Part shown: in pieces, positions 36,768 to 48,343 of the stretch
Layout: every line of letters starts with the position of its first letter
How positions within the stretch are numbered: the stretch's first letter is position 1
Assembly (NCBI GenBank): GCA_963844305.1
Contig: CAWJNT010000004.1
Span: forward strand, 2,956 to 66,955
Direction: 5' to 3'
DNA: 64,000 nucleotides
Origin: an uncultured Actinomycetota bacterium
GTDB taxonomy: Bacteria; Actinomycetota; Actinomycetes; Propionibacteriales; Nocardioidaceae
The notes under the pieces: model-generated
The model's input: the letters and a program-made list of their open reading frames with translations, nothing else
What the model was told of the DNA's origin: nothing
Databases searched by the model: none
Made by a program: the position numbers and the translations under genes

Positions 36768-38309
36768 GTGGTGAGCGACGGCGTGAACGGCGGGGCCATC
36801 GCGGCGACCCGGCCGGAGCACCCGGAGGCCACCCCGCTGACCGACCTCGCCTCCTGGCTGGCCGAGGCGGCGCCCGGTTCGTCCACGCGCGGCGAGCTGT
36901 CCGGCGTCGCGGCGACCGGGGTGTCGCTCAGCTCCCAGCGCATCCAGCCCGGCGACGTGTACGCCGCGCTCCCCGGCGCGCGCGCCCACGGCATCGACTT
37001 CGCCGACAGCGCCCTGGCCTCGGGTGCGGTGGCCGTGCTGACCGACCCCGCCGGGGCGGAACGGGCGCCCGACATCCCCCTGCTGGTCGTCGACCAGCCG
37101 CGCCGCGTGCTGGGCCGCTTCGCGGCCCGCGTGTACGGCGACCCGGCGACGTCGCTGCGGATGATCGGCGTCACCGGCACCCAGGGCAAGACCACCAGCA
37201 CCCGGCTCGCCGAGAGCGGGCTCCAGCAGGCCGGCGTACCGGCGGCCGTGATCGGCACCGTCGGCACCCGCGTCGCCGGCACCGACGTCAAGACCGCGCT
37301 GACGACACCCGAGGCGCCCGACCTGCACGGGCTGTTCGCGATGATGCGCGAGCGCGGGGTCGAGGCGTGCGCGATGGAGGTCTCCAGCCACGCGCTGGTG
37401 ATGGGTCGCGTCGACGGCGTGGTCTTCGACGTGGCCGTCTTCACCAACCTCGGCCGCGACCACCTCGACTTCCACAAGGACGTCGAGGACTACTTCGCCG
37501 CGAAGGCGTCGCTGTTCACGCCCGAGCGTGCTCGCCGCGGGCTGGTGAACGCCGACGACGCCTACGGGCGACGGCTGGCCGAGGAGGCGGGCATCCCGGT
37601 GCGGACGTTCTCCGCGACGGGCGGCGACGCCGACTGGCGGGCCGTGGACGTCGAGCTCGCCGCGAGTGGCTCGACGTTCGGGCTGGTCGGCCCCGACGGC
37701 ACCCAGGTCGAGGCCGGCGTACCCCTGCCCGGTGACTTCAACGTCGCCAACGCCGTGGCCGCCATCGCCGCCTGCGCCGAGGCCGGGTTCGACACCGCAC
37801 AGGTTGCGGCCGGGATCGCCGTCGGCGGCGGAGTGCCCGGCCGGCTGGAACCGATCGACGAGGGACAGGACTTCCTCGTCGTCGTCGACTACGCGCACAA
37901 GCCCGACGCCGTCGAGGCCACCGTGCGCACGCTGCGCCCGCTCACGGACGGCAAGGTGATCGTCGTGATCGGAGCCGGCGGCGACCGCGACCCCGGCAAG
38001 CGCCCGATCATGGGCGAGATCGCCGCCCGGCTGGCCGACGTACTCGTCATCACCGACGACAACCCGCGCGGCGAGGATCCCGCCGCCATCCGCCGGGCCA
38101 TGCTCGACGGCGCCGCCGACGGCGGCCGCGCGCTGGTCCTCGAGATCGGCGACCGGCGTACGGCGATCCGCGAGGCCGTCCGTCGCGCCGGCCCGGGCGA
38201 CATCGTGCTCGTCGCCGGCAAGGGACACGAGGCCGGCCAGGAGATCGCCGGTGTCGTGCACCCGTTCGACGACCGCGACGTCGTCCGCGAGGAGCTGGCC
38301 GCTCGATGA
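36768..38309 (+). CDS. murE: UDP-MurNAc-dipeptide:DAP ligase
   Basis: GTQGKTT, MEVSSH, FTNLGRDHLDFH, DYAHKPDA, DDNPR, AGKGHE. Confidence 0.97.
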   Translation: MVSDGVNGGAIAATRPEHPEATPLTDLASWLAEAAPGSSTRGELSGVAATGVSLSSQRIQPGDVYAALPGARAHGIDFADSALASGAVAVLTDPAGAERAPDIPLLVVDQPRRVLGRFAARVYGDPATSLRMIGVTGTQGKTTSTRLAESGLQQAGVPAAVIGTVGTRVAGTDVKTALTTPEAPDLHGLFAMMRERGVEACAMEVSSHALVMGRVDGVVFDVAVFTNLGRDHLDFHKDVEDYFAAKASLFTPERARRGLVNADDAYGRRLAEEAGIPVRTFSATGGDADWRAVDVELAASGSTFGLVGPDGTQVEAGVPLPGDFNVANAVAAIAACAEAGFDTAQVAAGIAVGGGVPGRLEPIDEGQDFLVVVDYAHKPDAVEATVRTLRPLTDGKVIVVIGAGGDRDPGKRPIMGEIAARLADVLVITDDNPRGEDPAAIRRAMLDGAADGGRALVLEIGDRRTAIREAVRRAGPGDIVLVAGKGHEAGQEIAGVVHPFDDRDVVREELAAR

Positions 38310-39727
38310 TCCCCATGACGCTGGCCGAGATCGCCGCCGTCGTGGACGGAGTGGTCGACGGCGACCCGTCGACCGCCGTGACGGGTCCGGCGTTCGTCGA
38401 CAGTCGCGAGGTGGTGCCGGGCGGGCTGTTCGTCGCCGTCGTCGGCGAGCGGGTCGACGGCCACGAGTACGCCGCTGCGGCAGTCCAGGCAGGGGCCGCA
38501 GCCGTCCTCGGCAGTCGTCCGACCGGCGTTCCCACCGTCGTGGTGGACGACCCGGTGACGGCGCTGGGGACGCTGGCCCGCCACGTGGTGGACACGATCC
38601 GGCCCCTGGTCGTGGCGCTGACCGGGTCGCAGGGCAAGACCGGCACCAAGGACTACCTCGCCCACGTGCTGGCGGGATTCGGGCCGACGGTCGCCACCGC
38701 CGGCAACCACAACAACGAGATCGGCGTCCCACTCACTGTGCTGAAGGCGACGCCGGACACGTCCTACCTCGTCGTCGAGATGGGCGCGCGCGGCGTCGGC
38801 CACATCGCCTACCTGTGCCGCGTCGCGCCGCCTGCGGTGGCCGCCGTGCTCAACGTCGGCACCGCCCACATCGGCGAGTTCGGTTCACGCGAGGCGATCG
38901 GCGTCGCCAAGGGCGAGATCGTCGAGGCACTGCCCGCTGACGGGGTCGCCGTCCTCAACGCCGACGACGACATCACCTCGGCGATGGCGACGCGCACCGA
39001 CGCCCGGGTGCTCACGTTCGGCGAGAAGGGCGACGTGAGCTGGCGCGACCTGGACCTCGACGACCTCGGGCGGCCGGACTTCGAGCTCGAGTACGCCGGC
39101 GCCCGGCACCGCGTCCGGCTCACCCAGTCCGGCACCCACCAGGTGCTCAACGCGGCCGCGGCCGCCGCGATGGCCTTCGCGCTGGACCTCGAGCCCGGCA
39201 CGGTGGCCGAGCGGCTGGGGTCGGCCCAGTCGGCCTCCCGCTGGCGGATGGAGGTGCACGAGCGCGGCGACGGGCTGATCGTGGTCAACGACGCCTACAA
39301 CGCCAACCCCGCGTCCATGGCCGCCGCGATCGACGCGCTCACCGAGATCGGGCGGCGGCGTTCCCGGCGTACCGTCGCCGTGCTCGGCGAGATGAAGGAG
39401 CTCGGCGACGAGGCCGAGGCCGCACACATCGACGTCGGACGCGTCGCGGCCGAGGCCGGCGTGGACGTCGTCGTCGCGGTCGGGCGCCCGGCGTACGGCA
39501 TCGCCGACGGCGCCGCCGCGGTGCCCGGATGGCGCGGCGAGACCGTTCCCACGGCGGGGCGTGACGAGGCGCTCGCCTGGGTGCGCGAGAATGTCGCGGC
39601 CGCCGATGTCGTGCTGGTGAAGGCCTCGCGGGGGGCGGCGCTCGAGCACATCGCCGACGGCCTTCTCGACGACGAGACGGACGACAAGACCGAAGACGAG
39701 GCACAGGAAGGGGGAGCGACGCCGTGA
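38306..39727 (+). CDS. murF: UDP-MurNAc-tripeptide:D-Ala-D-Ala ligase
   Basis: [46 protein letters not shown]. Confidence 0.97.
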   Translation: MIPMTLAEIAAVVDGVVDGDPSTAVTGPAFVDSREVVPGGLFVAVVGERVDGHEYAAAAVQAGAAAVLGSRPTGVPTVVVDDPVTALGTLARHVVDTIRPLVVALTGSQGKTGTKDYLAHVLAGFGPTVATAGNHNNEIGVPLTVLKATPDTSYLVVEMGARGVGHIAYLCRVAPPAVAAVLNVGTAHIGEFGSREAIGVAKGEIVEALPADGVAVLNADDDITSAMATRTDARVLTFGEKGDVSWRDLDLDDLGRPDFELEYAGARHRVRLTQSGTHQVLNAAAAAAMAFALDLEPGTVAERLGSAQSASRWRMEVHERGDGLIVVNDAYNANPASMAAAIDALTEIGRRRSRRTVAVLGEMKELGDEAEAAHIDVGRVAAEAGVDVVVAVGRPAYGIADGAAAVPGWRGETVPTAGRDEALAWVRENVAAADVVLVKASRGAALEHIADGLLDDETDDKTEDEAQEGGATP

Positions 39728-40794
39728 GAGCCATCCTGTTCGGTGGCGGCCTGGCACTGCTGATCTCGCTCCTCGGCACCCGTGTGGCGATCACCATCCT
39801 GACCGAGCGCGGGTACGGCCAGGAGATCCGCGACGACGGACCGACCACCCACCACACCAAGCGGGGCACGCCCACGATGGGCGGCGTCGTGATCATCCTC
39901 GCGACGGTGCTGGGCTACTTCGCCGCCAAGCTCTACACCCAGGACTGGCCGAGCGCGTCCGCGCTCCTGCTCCTCTTCCTCTTCGCGGGCTGCGGCCTGG
40001 TCGGGTTCCTCGACGACTTCATCAAGATCGCCAAGCAGCGCAGCCTCGGCCTGCGCAGCAAGGCGAAGATGATCGGGCTCACCGTCGTCGCCGTCGTGTT
40101 CGGCATCCTGGCGCTGAGCCCGGCACTCGAGGACGACCGCGGCCAGACCCCGGCGTCGCACAGCATCTCCTTCATCCGTGACTTCGACAGCTGGGAGCTG
40201 CCGACGTTCATCGTGATCTTCCTGATCTGGCTGTTCGTCACCGGCTTCTCCAACGCCGTCAACCTCACCGACGGCCTCGACGGGCTGGCCACCGGCGCGT
40301 CCGTGATGGTCTTCGGCGCCTACGCGCTGGTGAACATCTGGCAGAACAACCAGTCCTGCGAGATCTCGCCCGGCCGCACCTGCTACGAGGTGCGCGACCC
40401 ACTCGACCTGGCGGTGATCGCGGCCGCGATCACCGGGGCCTGCTTCGGGTTCCTGTGGTGGAACGCCTCACCGGCCGCGATCTTCATGGGCGACACCGGC
40501 TCGCTGTCGCTCGGCGGCGCCCTCGCCGGGTTCGCGATCCTGACCCGCACCGAGCTGCTGCTGGTGATCCTCGGCGGCATCTTCGTCGTCGAGACCCTGT
40601 CGGTGATGGCACAGGTCGGCTTCTTCAAGCTCACCAAGGGCCGACGCATCCTGCGGATGGCGCCGCTGCACCATCACTTCGAGATGCTCGGCTGGGAGCA
40701 GGTGACGGTGGTCATCCGGTTCTGGATCATCACCGGCCTGACCGTCGCCGCCGGCCTCGGCATCTTCTACGCCGAGTGGGTCGCGGGCTCGTGA
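39724..40794 (+). CDS. mraY: Phospho-MurNAc-pentapeptide transferase
   Basis: [43 protein letters not shown]. Confidence 0.97.
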   Translation: MRAILFGGGLALLISLLGTRVAITILTERGYGQEIRDDGPTTHHTKRGTPTMGGVVIILATVLGYFAAKLYTQDWPSASALLLLFLFAGCGLVGFLDDFIKIAKQRSLGLRSKAKMIGLTVVAVVFGILALSPALEDDRGQTPASHSISFIRDFDSWELPTFIVIFLIWLFVTGFSNAVNLTDGLDGLATGASVMVFGAYALVNIWQNNQSCEISPGRTCYEVRDPLDLAVIAAAITGACFGFLWWNASPAAIFMGDTGSLSLGGALAGFAILTRTELLLVILGGIFVVETLSVMAQVGFFKLTKGRRILRMAPLHHHFEMLGWEQVTVVIRFWIITGLTVAAGLGIFYAEWVAGS

Positions 40795-42257
40795 ACCCGG
40801 CGTCCCTCGGGCGGCACGACTCCTGGGAAGGCGTGCGCGCGGTCGTGGCCGGGTTCGGCGTCTCGGGGTTCGCCGCCGCCGACAACCTCACCCACCTCGG
40901 CGCCAGCGTGCTCGCCCTCGACGAGACCACCGACGAGGTGAAGGCCGAGAAGGCCCAGCTGCTCGAGATCCTCGGGGCGAAGGTCCGCCTGGAGGAGGGC
41001 GCCACCGCCACCCTGCCCGAGGACGTCGACCTGGTCGTCACCTCGCCCGGGTGGCGGCCCACCGCGCCGCTGCTCGCCCAGGCGGCCGCACGCGGCGTAC
41101 CCGTGTGGGGCGAGGTGGAGCTGGCCTGGCGCCTGCGCGACCCGAACCACCCCACCCCGTGGCTCGCCGTCACCGGCACCAACGGCAAGACGACGACGGT
41201 GCAGATGCTCGACGCGATCCTGCGCGCCGCCGGGCTGCGCAGCGAGGCGGTCGGCAACGTCGGCCTCCCGATCGTCGAGGCCGTGATGGACCCCGAGCCG
41301 TACGACGTGTTCGCGGTCGAGCTGTCCAGCTTCCAGCTGCACTACACCGAGTCGGTCAGCGCCGAGTCGGCTGCGGTGCTCAACGTCGCCGAGGACCACC
41401 TGGACTGGTACGACGGTCCGTCGGGGATGGCCGAGTACGCCGCCGACAAGGGCCGCATCTACGAACGGGTGCAGCGCGCCTGCGTCTACAACGCCGCCGA
41501 CCCGGAGACCGAGCGCCTGGTCCGCGAGGCCGACGTCGTCGAGGGCGCCCGCGCGATCGGCTTCACCCTCGGTGTGCCCGCGGTCGGGATGGTCGGCGTG
41601 GTCGAGGAGATCCTCGCCGACCGGGCCTTCGTCGAGCAGCGCGAGACCAGCGCCGCCGAGCTGTGCACGATCGACGACCTGGCGTCGCCGGCCCCGCACT
41701 TCGTCGAGGACGCGCTCGCCGCGGCCGCGCTGGCCCGCGCCCACGGCGTCTCGCAGGCGGCGGTGCGCGACGGGCTGCGCTCCTTCCGTCCCGACGGGCA
41801 CCGGATCGCGGTCGTCGCCGAGGCCGACGGGGTGACCTGGATCGACGACTCCAAGGCCACCAACCCGCACGCCGCGCGTTCGTCGCTGCTCGGGTACGAA
41901 CCGGTGGTCTGGGTCGCCGGTGGTCTGGCCAAGGGTGCCCGGTTCGACGACCTGGTCCGCGACGTGCGCGGCCGGCTGCGCGGCGCCGTACTGCTCGGGC
42001 GGGACCGTGCGGTCGTCGCCGACGCCCTTTCGCGACACGCCCCGGATGTACCCGTGGTCGAGGTTGCCGACGACGAGACTGACCACGGACATGACCCCAT
42101 GGAGCGCGTGGTCGAGGCCGCGGCCCGGCTCGCCCGGCCCGGCGACACGGTGCTGCTCGCTCCCGGCTGCGCCTCCATGGACATGTTCGCGAACTACGGC
42201 GCACGCGGCGATGCCTTCGCCGCAGCCGTCCGGCGGCGGACGGGCCACACGAGCTAG
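40791..42257 (+). CDS. murD: UDP-MurNAc-Ala:D-Glu ligase
   Basis: [36 protein letters not shown]. Confidence 0.97.
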   Translation: MNPASLGRHDSWEGVRAVVAGFGVSGFAAADNLTHLGASVLALDETTDEVKAEKAQLLEILGAKVRLEEGATATLPEDVDLVVTSPGWRPTAPLLAQAAARGVPVWGEVELAWRLRDPNHPTPWLAVTGTNGKTTTVQMLDAILRAAGLRSEAVGNVGLPIVEAVMDPEPYDVFAVELSSFQLHYTESVSAESAAVLNVAEDHLDWYDGPSGMAEYAADKGRIYERVQRACVYNAADPETERLVREADVVEGARAIGFTLGVPAVGMVGVVEEILADRAFVEQRETSAAELCTIDDLASPAPHFVEDALAAAALARAHGVSQAAVRDGLRSFRPDGHRIAVVAEADGVTWIDDSKATNPHAARSSLLGYEPVVWVAGGLAKGARFDDLVRDVRGRLRGAVLLGRDRAVVADALSRHAPDVPVVEVADDETDHGHDPMERVVEAAARLARPGDTVLLAPGCASMDMFANYGARGDAFAAAVRRRTGHTS

Positions 42258-42272
42258 GGGAGGCGCGGTGCG

Positions 42273-43577
42273 ATGACGACCACCGCCGACCCCCGATCGA
42301 CAGGTGGCCAGACCGGTCCGCAGCAGCCCGGCCGATCACCGCGTTCGTCCCGCCCGTCCCGCGGCGGCTTCCTCAGCTGGTACGCCGCCCTCCGGTCCGC
42401 GCTGGACCGCCCGCTGACGTCGTACTACCTGCTGCTGGGCGCCTCCGCCCTGCTGCTGACCATCGGCCTGATCATGGTGCTCAGCGCCTCGAGCGTGTAC
42501 TCCTTCGAGCACCACGACGGCGACTCGTACGCCGTGGTGAAGCGGCAGCTGATGTGGGTGATGCTCGGCATCCCCGCCGCGTGGCTGGCCTCCCGCCTGC
42601 CCTACGGGTTGATCCGCCAGGTCTCGTGGCTCGGCATCATGGTCGCCGTCGTGCTGCTGGCGCTGACCCAGACCGGCCTCGGCACCACCGTCAACGGCAA
42701 CACCAACTGGCTGGCGCTCGGGCCGCTGCAGATCCAGCCGTCGGAGATCGCCAAGCTCGCGATCGTGCTGTGGGCCGCGCACGTCTACGCCCAGAAGGAC
42801 CGGCGCCTGGCCCGGCTGCACCAGATCATGATGCCGGTCGTGCCGGTGATCCTGGCGATCACGATGCTGGTCATCGTCGGTCGCGACCTCGGCACCGCCC
42901 TGGTCCTGTTCGCGATCCTGCTGGCCATGCTGTGGGTGGTCGGCGCACCCGCCCGGCTGTTCACGTTCTCGATGAGCATCATCGGCGTCGTCGCGCTGTA
43001 CCTCGCCTCGACCGACCCCGAGCGCCGCGAGCGGCTGACCAACTTCGTGGATCCGTTCAAGGACTACCACGACGCGGGCTGGCAGCCGGCCCACGGCCTG
43101 TACGCCCTGTCGTCGGGTGGGTGGTTCGGCCAGGGGATCGGTGCCAGCCAGCAGAAGTGGGGCGACCTGCCCGAGGCCCACACCGACTTCATCTTCGCCG
43201 TGCTCGGGGAGGAGCTCGGCCTGGTCGGGACCCTGCTCGTGGTCGGCCTGTTCCTCACCATCGCGTTCGCCGCGACCCGGGTGGCGATGAACACGGCGGA
43301 CCCGTTCGTCCGCTACCTCACCTTCGGCATCGTGGTCTGGCTGCTCGGGCAGATGATCATCAACGTCGGCATGGTGCTCGCCCTGCTCCCGGTGATCGGC
43401 ATCCCGCTGCCGCTCGTCTCGTACGGCGGTTCGGCGCTGCTGCCGTCGATGGTCGCGCTGGGGCTGCTCGTCGGCGCCGCGCGTCGCGAGCCGGAGGCCG
43501 CTCGTGCCCTGGCGCAGCGGAAGAAGGCGCGCTCCTCGGGCCTGTCCGCCGGCCGCGTTCCCAAGCGCGGGCTCTGA
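42273..43577 (+). CDS. ftsW: SEDS peptidoglycan polymerase FtsW
   Basis: QPSEIAK, RDLGT, PEAHTDFIFAVLGEELG, PLVSYGGS. Confidence 0.95.
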   Translation: MTTTADPRSTGGQTGPQQPGRSPRSSRPSRGGFLSWYAALRSALDRPLTSYYLLLGASALLLTIGLIMVLSASSVYSFEHHDGDSYAVVKRQLMWVMLGIPAAWLASRLPYGLIRQVSWLGIMVAVVLLALTQTGLGTTVNGNTNWLALGPLQIQPSEIAKLAIVLWAAHVYAQKDRRLARLHQIMMPVVPVILAITMLVIVGRDLGTALVLFAILLAMLWVVGAPARLFTFSMSIIGVVALYLASTDPERRERLTNFVDPFKDYHDAGWQPAHGLYALSSGGWFGQGIGASQQKWGDLPEAHTDFIFAVLGEELGLVGTLLVVGLFLTIAFAATRVAMNTADPFVRYLTFGIVVWLLGQMIINVGMVLALLPVIGIPLPLVSYGGSALLPSMVALGLLVGAARREPEAARALAQRKKARSSGLSAGRVPKRGL

Positions 43578-43602
43578 TCGCGACCCGCCTAGGCTGACCC
43601 CG

Positions 43603-44694
43603 ATGCGCGTCCTCCTCGCCGGCGGCGGTACCGCCGGACACACCTCGCCCCTCATCGCCACCGCCGACGCCCTGCGCCGGCTCGATCCCGATGCGGAGAT
43701 CACCTGCCTCGGCACGCCCCGCGGGCTGGAGAACCGGGTCGTCCCCGAGGCCGGCTACCCGCTCGAGCTGATCCCGCCGGTGCCGCTGCCGCGGCGGCCC
43801 AACGCCGACTTCTTCAAGGTGCCCGCCCGGCTGCGCGGCGCCGTACGCGAGACGCTGGCGGTCTTCGACAGGGTCCGCCCGGACGTCGTCGTCGGGTACG
43901 GCGGCTACGTCTCGATGCCGGCGTACCTCGCCGCGCGCCGCCGCAAGCTGCCCCTCGTCGTGCACGAGCAGAACACCGTGCCCGGACTGGCGAACAAGGC
44001 CGGCGCCCGGGTCGCGTCGCGGGTCGCGGTGAGCTTCCCGGACACGCCGCTGCCCAGGGCGGAGTACGTCGGGCTGCCGATCCGGCGGATGATCTCGACG
44101 CTCGACCGCGCCGCGAAGCGGGCCGAGGCCCGCGAGTTCTTCGGGATCGACCCCGACCGGCCGACCCTGGTGGTGACCGGCGGTTCCCAGGGCGCGCGGC
44201 GGCTCAACCAGGCGGTGTCCGGCGCCGCCCGCGCTCTCGGCGACGCCGGCGTGCAGGTGCTGCACGTCGTCGGGCCGATCGGGAAGGCGACTCCCGAGGC
44301 CACCGGGGTTCCCTACGTCGTGCTCGACTTCGTCGACCGGATGGACCTGCTGCTGGCCGCCGCCGACCTGATGATCTGCCGGGCCGGCGCGTCCAGCGTC
44401 ACCGAGGCCGCGGCGGTCGGCGTTCCGGCAGTCTTCGTCCCGCTGCCGATCGGCAACGGCGAGCAGGAGCAGAACGCCCGCCCGGTGGTCGATGCCGGCG
44501 GCGGGCTGCTGGTCGCCGACGCCGCCCTGACCTCGGACTGGGTCGCGGCGACGGTGCCGGGCCTCGCGACCGACGCCGACCGGCTGGCGACGATGGGCGC
44601 CGCCGCCGCGGCGCTGATCCCGCGCGACGCCGACGAGAAGCTGGCCCGGATCGTGCTCGAGTGCGGGGCTGCGACAGGGGAGCGCGCCCGATGA
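43603..44694 (+). CDS. murG: Undecaprenyl-PP-MurNAc-pentapeptide GlcNAc transferase
   Basis: GGGTAGH, GGYV, HEQN..PGLAN, GGSQGA, RAGASS; TAGGCT -10 lies 7 nt before the ATG. Confidence 0.97.
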   Translation: MRVLLAGGGTAGHTSPLIATADALRRLDPDAEITCLGTPRGLENRVVPEAGYPLELIPPVPLPRRPNADFFKVPARLRGAVRETLAVFDRVRPDVVVGYGGYVSMPAYLAARRRKLPLVVHEQNTVPGLANKAGARVASRVAVSFPDTPLPRAEYVGLPIRRMISTLDRAAKRAEAREFFGIDPDRPTLVVTGGSQGARRLNQAVSGAARALGDAGVQVLHVVGPIGKATPEATGVPYVVLDFVDRMDLLLAAADLMICRAGASSVTEAAAVGVPAVFVPLPIGNGEQEQNARPVVDAGGGLLVADAALTSDWVAATVPGLATDADRLATMGAAAAALIPRDADEKLARIVLECGAATGERAR

Positions 44695-46118
44695 AGGTGC
44701 CCGTCCCCGAGGAGATCCTGCCCGCCGACCGGCTCGGCAGGGTCCACTTCGTCGGCATCGGCGGGGCCGGCCTGTCCGGCATCGCCCGGATCATGCTGGC
44801 GCGGGGCATCGCGGTCAGCGGCAGCGACGCCAACGACAGTCCCACCCTGGCCGCGCTGCGCGAGCTCGGCGCCCGGGTCTGGGTCGGCCACGACGCGTCG
44901 CACGTCGCCGACGTCGACACCCTGGTCGTGTCGACCGCGGTGCGCGAGGACAACCCCGAGTACGCCGCAGCCGTGCTGCAGGGGTCGCGGGTGCTGCCCC
45001 GGTCGGCCGCCCTGGCTGCGGTGATGGCGGGCCGCCGGGTCGTGGCGGTCGCCGGCACGCACGGCAAGACCACGACCACGTCCCTGCTGACCGTTGCCCT
45101 CCAGGCAGCCGCCGCCGACCCGACGTACGCCGTCGGCGGAGACCTCGCGCAGACCGGCGCCAACGCCCGCGAGGGGACCGGCGACCTGTTCGTGGCCGAG
45201 GCCGACGAGAGCGACGGTGCGTTCCTGGTCTACCGCCCGCACGCCGCGATCGTCACCAATGTCGAGGCCGACCACCTCGACAACTGGGGGACCGAGGAGG
45301 CCTACCGCGCGGCGTTCGACGAGTTCCTCACGACGATCGACCCGCAGGGGTTCCTGGTCTGCTGTGTCGACGACGCGGGCGCCGCGGCGTTGGCGCAGAC
45401 CGCCCTTCGGCAGGGTCTCGAGGTGATCGGCGTGGGGGAGAGCGCCGACGCCGGGCTCCGGTGCGTGGACCTGGTGTTCGAGGGGACCACGTCGGCGTTC
45501 GACGTGCTGCGGGGCGACGAACGTCTCGGCAGGGTCACCCTGGCGATTCCGGGCCGGCACTACGTCCTCGACGCACTCGCGGCGCTGGCCGTCGGGCTGC
45601 GGCTGGGCTACTCGTTCGACGACCTGCGCCGCGGGCTCGAAGGCTTCACCGGCACCCGTCGGCGGATGGAGCGCAAGGGCGAGTCCGGGGGAGTGCGGGT
45701 CTACGACAGCTACGCCCACCACCCCGTCGAGATCGCCGGCGACCTCCAGGCCGGGCGCTCCGTCGCGGGCCAGGGCCGGCTCGTCGTTGCGTTCCAGCCG
45801 CACCTCGTCTCGCGCACCCGCATCTTCGGCCCGGCGATGGGCGAGGCCCTCGGTGCCGCCGACGACGTGGTCGTGCTCGACGTCTACCTCGCTCGCGAGG
45901 ACGCCGACCCCGACGTGACCGGCCGCCTGGTCGCCGACGCCGTACCCCTGCCGTCGGACCGGGTGACCTTCGTGCCCGAGCTCGCCGACGCGGCAGGAGT
46001 GCTGGCCGACCGGGCGCGCCCCGGCGACCTGGTCCTGACCCTCGGCGCCGGCAGTGTCACCGAGGTCGGGCCGGCCCTGCTCGAGCTGCTCGCCGAGCGC
46101 GAGGCGGCCGATGCGTAG
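44691..46118 (+). CDS. murC: UDP-MurNAc:L-Ala ligase
   Basis: HFVGIGGAGLSGIA, GTHGKTTTT, EADESDG, DSYAHHPVEI, FQPHL. Confidence 0.97.
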   Translation: MKVPVPEEILPADRLGRVHFVGIGGAGLSGIARIMLARGIAVSGSDANDSPTLAALRELGARVWVGHDASHVADVDTLVVSTAVREDNPEYAAAVLQGSRVLPRSAALAAVMAGRRVVAVAGTHGKTTTTSLLTVALQAAAADPTYAVGGDLAQTGANAREGTGDLFVAEADESDGAFLVYRPHAAIVTNVEADHLDNWGTEEAYRAAFDEFLTTIDPQGFLVCCVDDAGAAALAQTALRQGLEVIGVGESADAGLRCVDLVFEGTTSAFDVLRGDERLGRVTLAIPGRHYVLDALAALAVGLRLGYSFDDLRRGLEGFTGTRRRMERKGESGGVRVYDSYAHHPVEIAGDLQAGRSVAGQGRLVVAFQPHLVSRTRIFGPAMGEALGAADDVVVLDVYLAREDADPDVTGRLVADAVPLPSDRVTFVPELADAAGVLADRARPGDLVLTLGAGSVTEVGPALLELLAEREAADA

Positions 46119-46983
46119 CGGCACCCGCACCGACGACACCGGCCCTCCGTCGCCGGTCGACGAGGCGACCGCGCGCTCCCGCAAGAGGTTCGCGCGCCGG
46201 CAGTGGTCCCGCCGCTGGCTGGCCTGGCGGTACGTCGTCCTCCTGGTGCTGGCGATCGCGCTGGTCGCCGGAAGCGTGTGGCTGGTGTTCTTCTCGTCGG
46301 TGCTCGAGGTGAAGGGCGTCCAGGTGCGCGGGACCAGCACCCTTTCGGCAGAGGAGGTCCGGGCGGCCGCCCGGGTGCCCGAGGGCGAGGCGCTGGCACG
46401 GGTCGACCTGGACGCCGTCCGGGCGCGGGTCCAGGCGCTGGCGGTGGTGAAGTCGGCGGACGTCACCCGGCAGTGGCCCGACCAGGTGCTGATCGAGGTC
46501 GAGGAGCGCGAGGCGATCGCCGTCGTGGACATCGGCGGCCGGACGCGGGGGATGGACGAGGACGGCGTCGTGTTCGAGGAGTACCGCCGTGCCCCGGAGG
46601 GCCTGCCGCGCGTCCAGACCTCATCGGGCACCGGCACCGACGCGCTGCGTGAGGCAGCGGCGGTCGTCTCGGCGCTGCCCGAGGACCTGGCGTCCCGCGT
46701 CGACCACGTCGAGGTCGAGACCATCGACCGGATCACGCTGGTGATGCGCGACGACCGGACCGTCATGTGGGGGAGCGCCGACGAGTCCGAGCAGAAGGCG
46801 GCGGTGCTCGCCGAGCTGCTCCGGCAGGACGCCCGCGCGTACGACGTCTCCGTGCCCGGCCGGCCGACGACGTCGCGACTGAACTCGCCGAAATTGCCTG
46901 TCAATCTCCCGGGCGCGTGGCGTGTCGCCACCATTCGCGGCCGCTCGCTGCCTACTGTCTCTGACATCGCGAGGTTGACATAA
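46111..46983 (+). CDS. ftsQ: Cell division protein FtsQ (true end probably ~46882; the ORF reads through into the ftsZ promoter)
   Basis: TM followed by POTRA (RQWPDQVLIEVEER), WGSADESEQK..L, YDVSVPGRPT; an out-of-frame TGA lies just after this motif. Confidence 0.88.
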   Translation: MRSGTRTDDTGPPSPVDEATARSRKRFARRQWSRRWLAWRYVVLLVLAIALVAGSVWLVFFSSVLEVKGVQVRGTSTLSAEEVRAAARVPEGEALARVDLDAVRARVQALAVVKSADVTRQWPDQVLIEVEEREAIAVVDIGGRTRGMDEDGVVFEEYRRAPEGLPRVQTSSGTGTDALREAAAVVSALPEDLASRVDHVEVETIDRITLVMRDDRTVMWGSADESEQKAAVLAELLRQDARAYDVSVPGRPTTSRLNSPKLPVNLPGAWRVATIRGRSLPTVSDIARLT

Positions 46984-47007
46984 CTATAACCCTCAGGTTC
47001 AGGGTTA
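46975..47007 (+). promoter_or_regulatory. ftsZ promoter with palindromic operator (FtsR/MerR-like type)
   Basis: TTGACA 46975-46980 followed by TAACCCT-CAGGTTC-AGGGTTA (46987-47007). Confidence 0.55.
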
Positions 47008-47095
47008 AGGTTTTCGGCTCTCGCGGGTCTTCCCCACCGACGTACCGTCCGCACGTACCGGCACCGCCGGACACGATCAGGAGAGGCAAGCCGAC

Positions 47096-48337
47096 ATGGC
47101 AGCAGCTCAGAACTACCTGGCCATCATCAAGGTCGTGGGCATCGGTGGTGGTGGGGTCAACGCCGTCAACCGGATGATCGAGGTGGGACTCAAGGGCGTT
47201 GAGTTCATCGCGATCAACACCGACGCCCAGGCCCTGCTCATGAGCGACGCCGACGTCAAGCTCGACATCGGTCGCGAGCTGACCCGCGGTCTCGGCGCCG
47301 GCGCCAACCCCGAGGTCGGCACCCAGGCGGCCGAGGACCACTCCGACGAGATCGAAGAGGTCATCAAGGGCGCCGACATGGTCTTCGTGACCGCCGGCGA
47401 GGGCGGCGGCACCGGCACCGGTGGCGCGCCCGTCGTGGCCCGGATCGCCCGCTCGCTCGGTGCGCTGACCATCGGCGTCGTCACCCGGCCGTTCGCCTTC
47501 GAGGGTCGCCGTCGTGCCAACTCCGCCGAGGAGGGCATCGCGCAGCTGCGCGAGGAGGTCGACACCCTCATCGTCATCCCGAACGACCGGCTGCTGTCGA
47601 TCAGCGACCGCAACGTGTCGGTGCTCGACGCGTTCAAGCAGGCCGACCAGGTGCTGCTCCAGGGCGTCTCGGGCATCACCGACCTGATCACCACGCCCGG
47701 CCTGATCAACCTCGACTTCGCCGACGTGAAGTCGGTCATGGCCAATGCCGGCTCGGCGTTGATGGGGATCGGCTCGGCGCGGGGCGAGGACCGTTCGGTG
47801 GCCGCCGCCGAGATGGCCGTCTCCAGCCCGCTGCTCGAGGCCTCCATCGAGGGCGCCCAAGGCGTGCTGCTCTCGATCGCGGGCGGATCGGACCTCGGGC
47901 TGTTCGAGATCAACGAGGCCGCCGCACTGGTGGCCGCGTCGGCACACGCCGAGGCGAACATCATCTTCGGCGCCACCATCGACGACGCCCTCGGCGACGA
48001 GGTGCGGGTGACCGTGATCGCCGCAGGCTTCGACGGCGGGATGCCCAAGCGCCGCGACGAGGGGACCGTCCTTCGTCGCGACGCTCGCCTGCAGCAGTCG
48101 CAGGCGGAGACCAAGGCTGCAGCAGACCAGATCGCCCGGTCGGGGTCGGCGGGCTCCGGCGGGGCTCAGTCGTCGACCGCGCCGGCCCGCGAGCCCGTGC
48201 CGGCCACCGCTCCCGCGGGCCAGGGCGCGCCGTCGGGGAACGACGGAGCACAGCCGACCCAGCAGCCACCGCGCCAGCAGCCGCGCCAGGTCCAGTTCGA
48301 CGACGACGACCTGGACGTGCCCGACTTCCTCAAGTAG
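47096..48337 (+). CDS. ftsZ: Cell division protein FtsZ
   Basis: [18 protein letters not shown] signature, NLDFADV, C-terminal DLDVPDFLK. Confidence 0.99.
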   Translation: MAAAQNYLAIIKVVGIGGGGVNAVNRMIEVGLKGVEFIAINTDAQALLMSDADVKLDIGRELTRGLGAGANPEVGTQAAEDHSDEIEEVIKGADMVFVTAGEGGGTGTGGAPVVARIARSLGALTIGVVTRPFAFEGRRRANSAEEGIAQLREEVDTLIVIPNDRLLSISDRNVSVLDAFKQADQVLLQGVSGITDLITTPGLINLDFADVKSVMANAGSALMGIGSARGEDRSVAAAEMAVSSPLLEASIEGAQGVLLSIAGGSDLGLFEINEAAALVAASAHAEANIIFGATIDDALGDEVRVTVIAAGFDGGMPKRRDEGTVLRRDARLQQSQAETKAAADQIARSGSAGSGGAQSSTAPAREPVPATAPAGQGAPSGNDGAQPTQQPPRQQPRQVQFDDDDLDVPDFLK

Positions 48338-48343
48338 GGCGGC

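Noticed and set aside
46883-46983. Genuine C-terminal extension of FtsQ
   Set aside because: The extension reads through the ftsZ promoter, and an out-of-frame TGA follows the usual YDVSVPG.PT terminus, so an indel is more likely.
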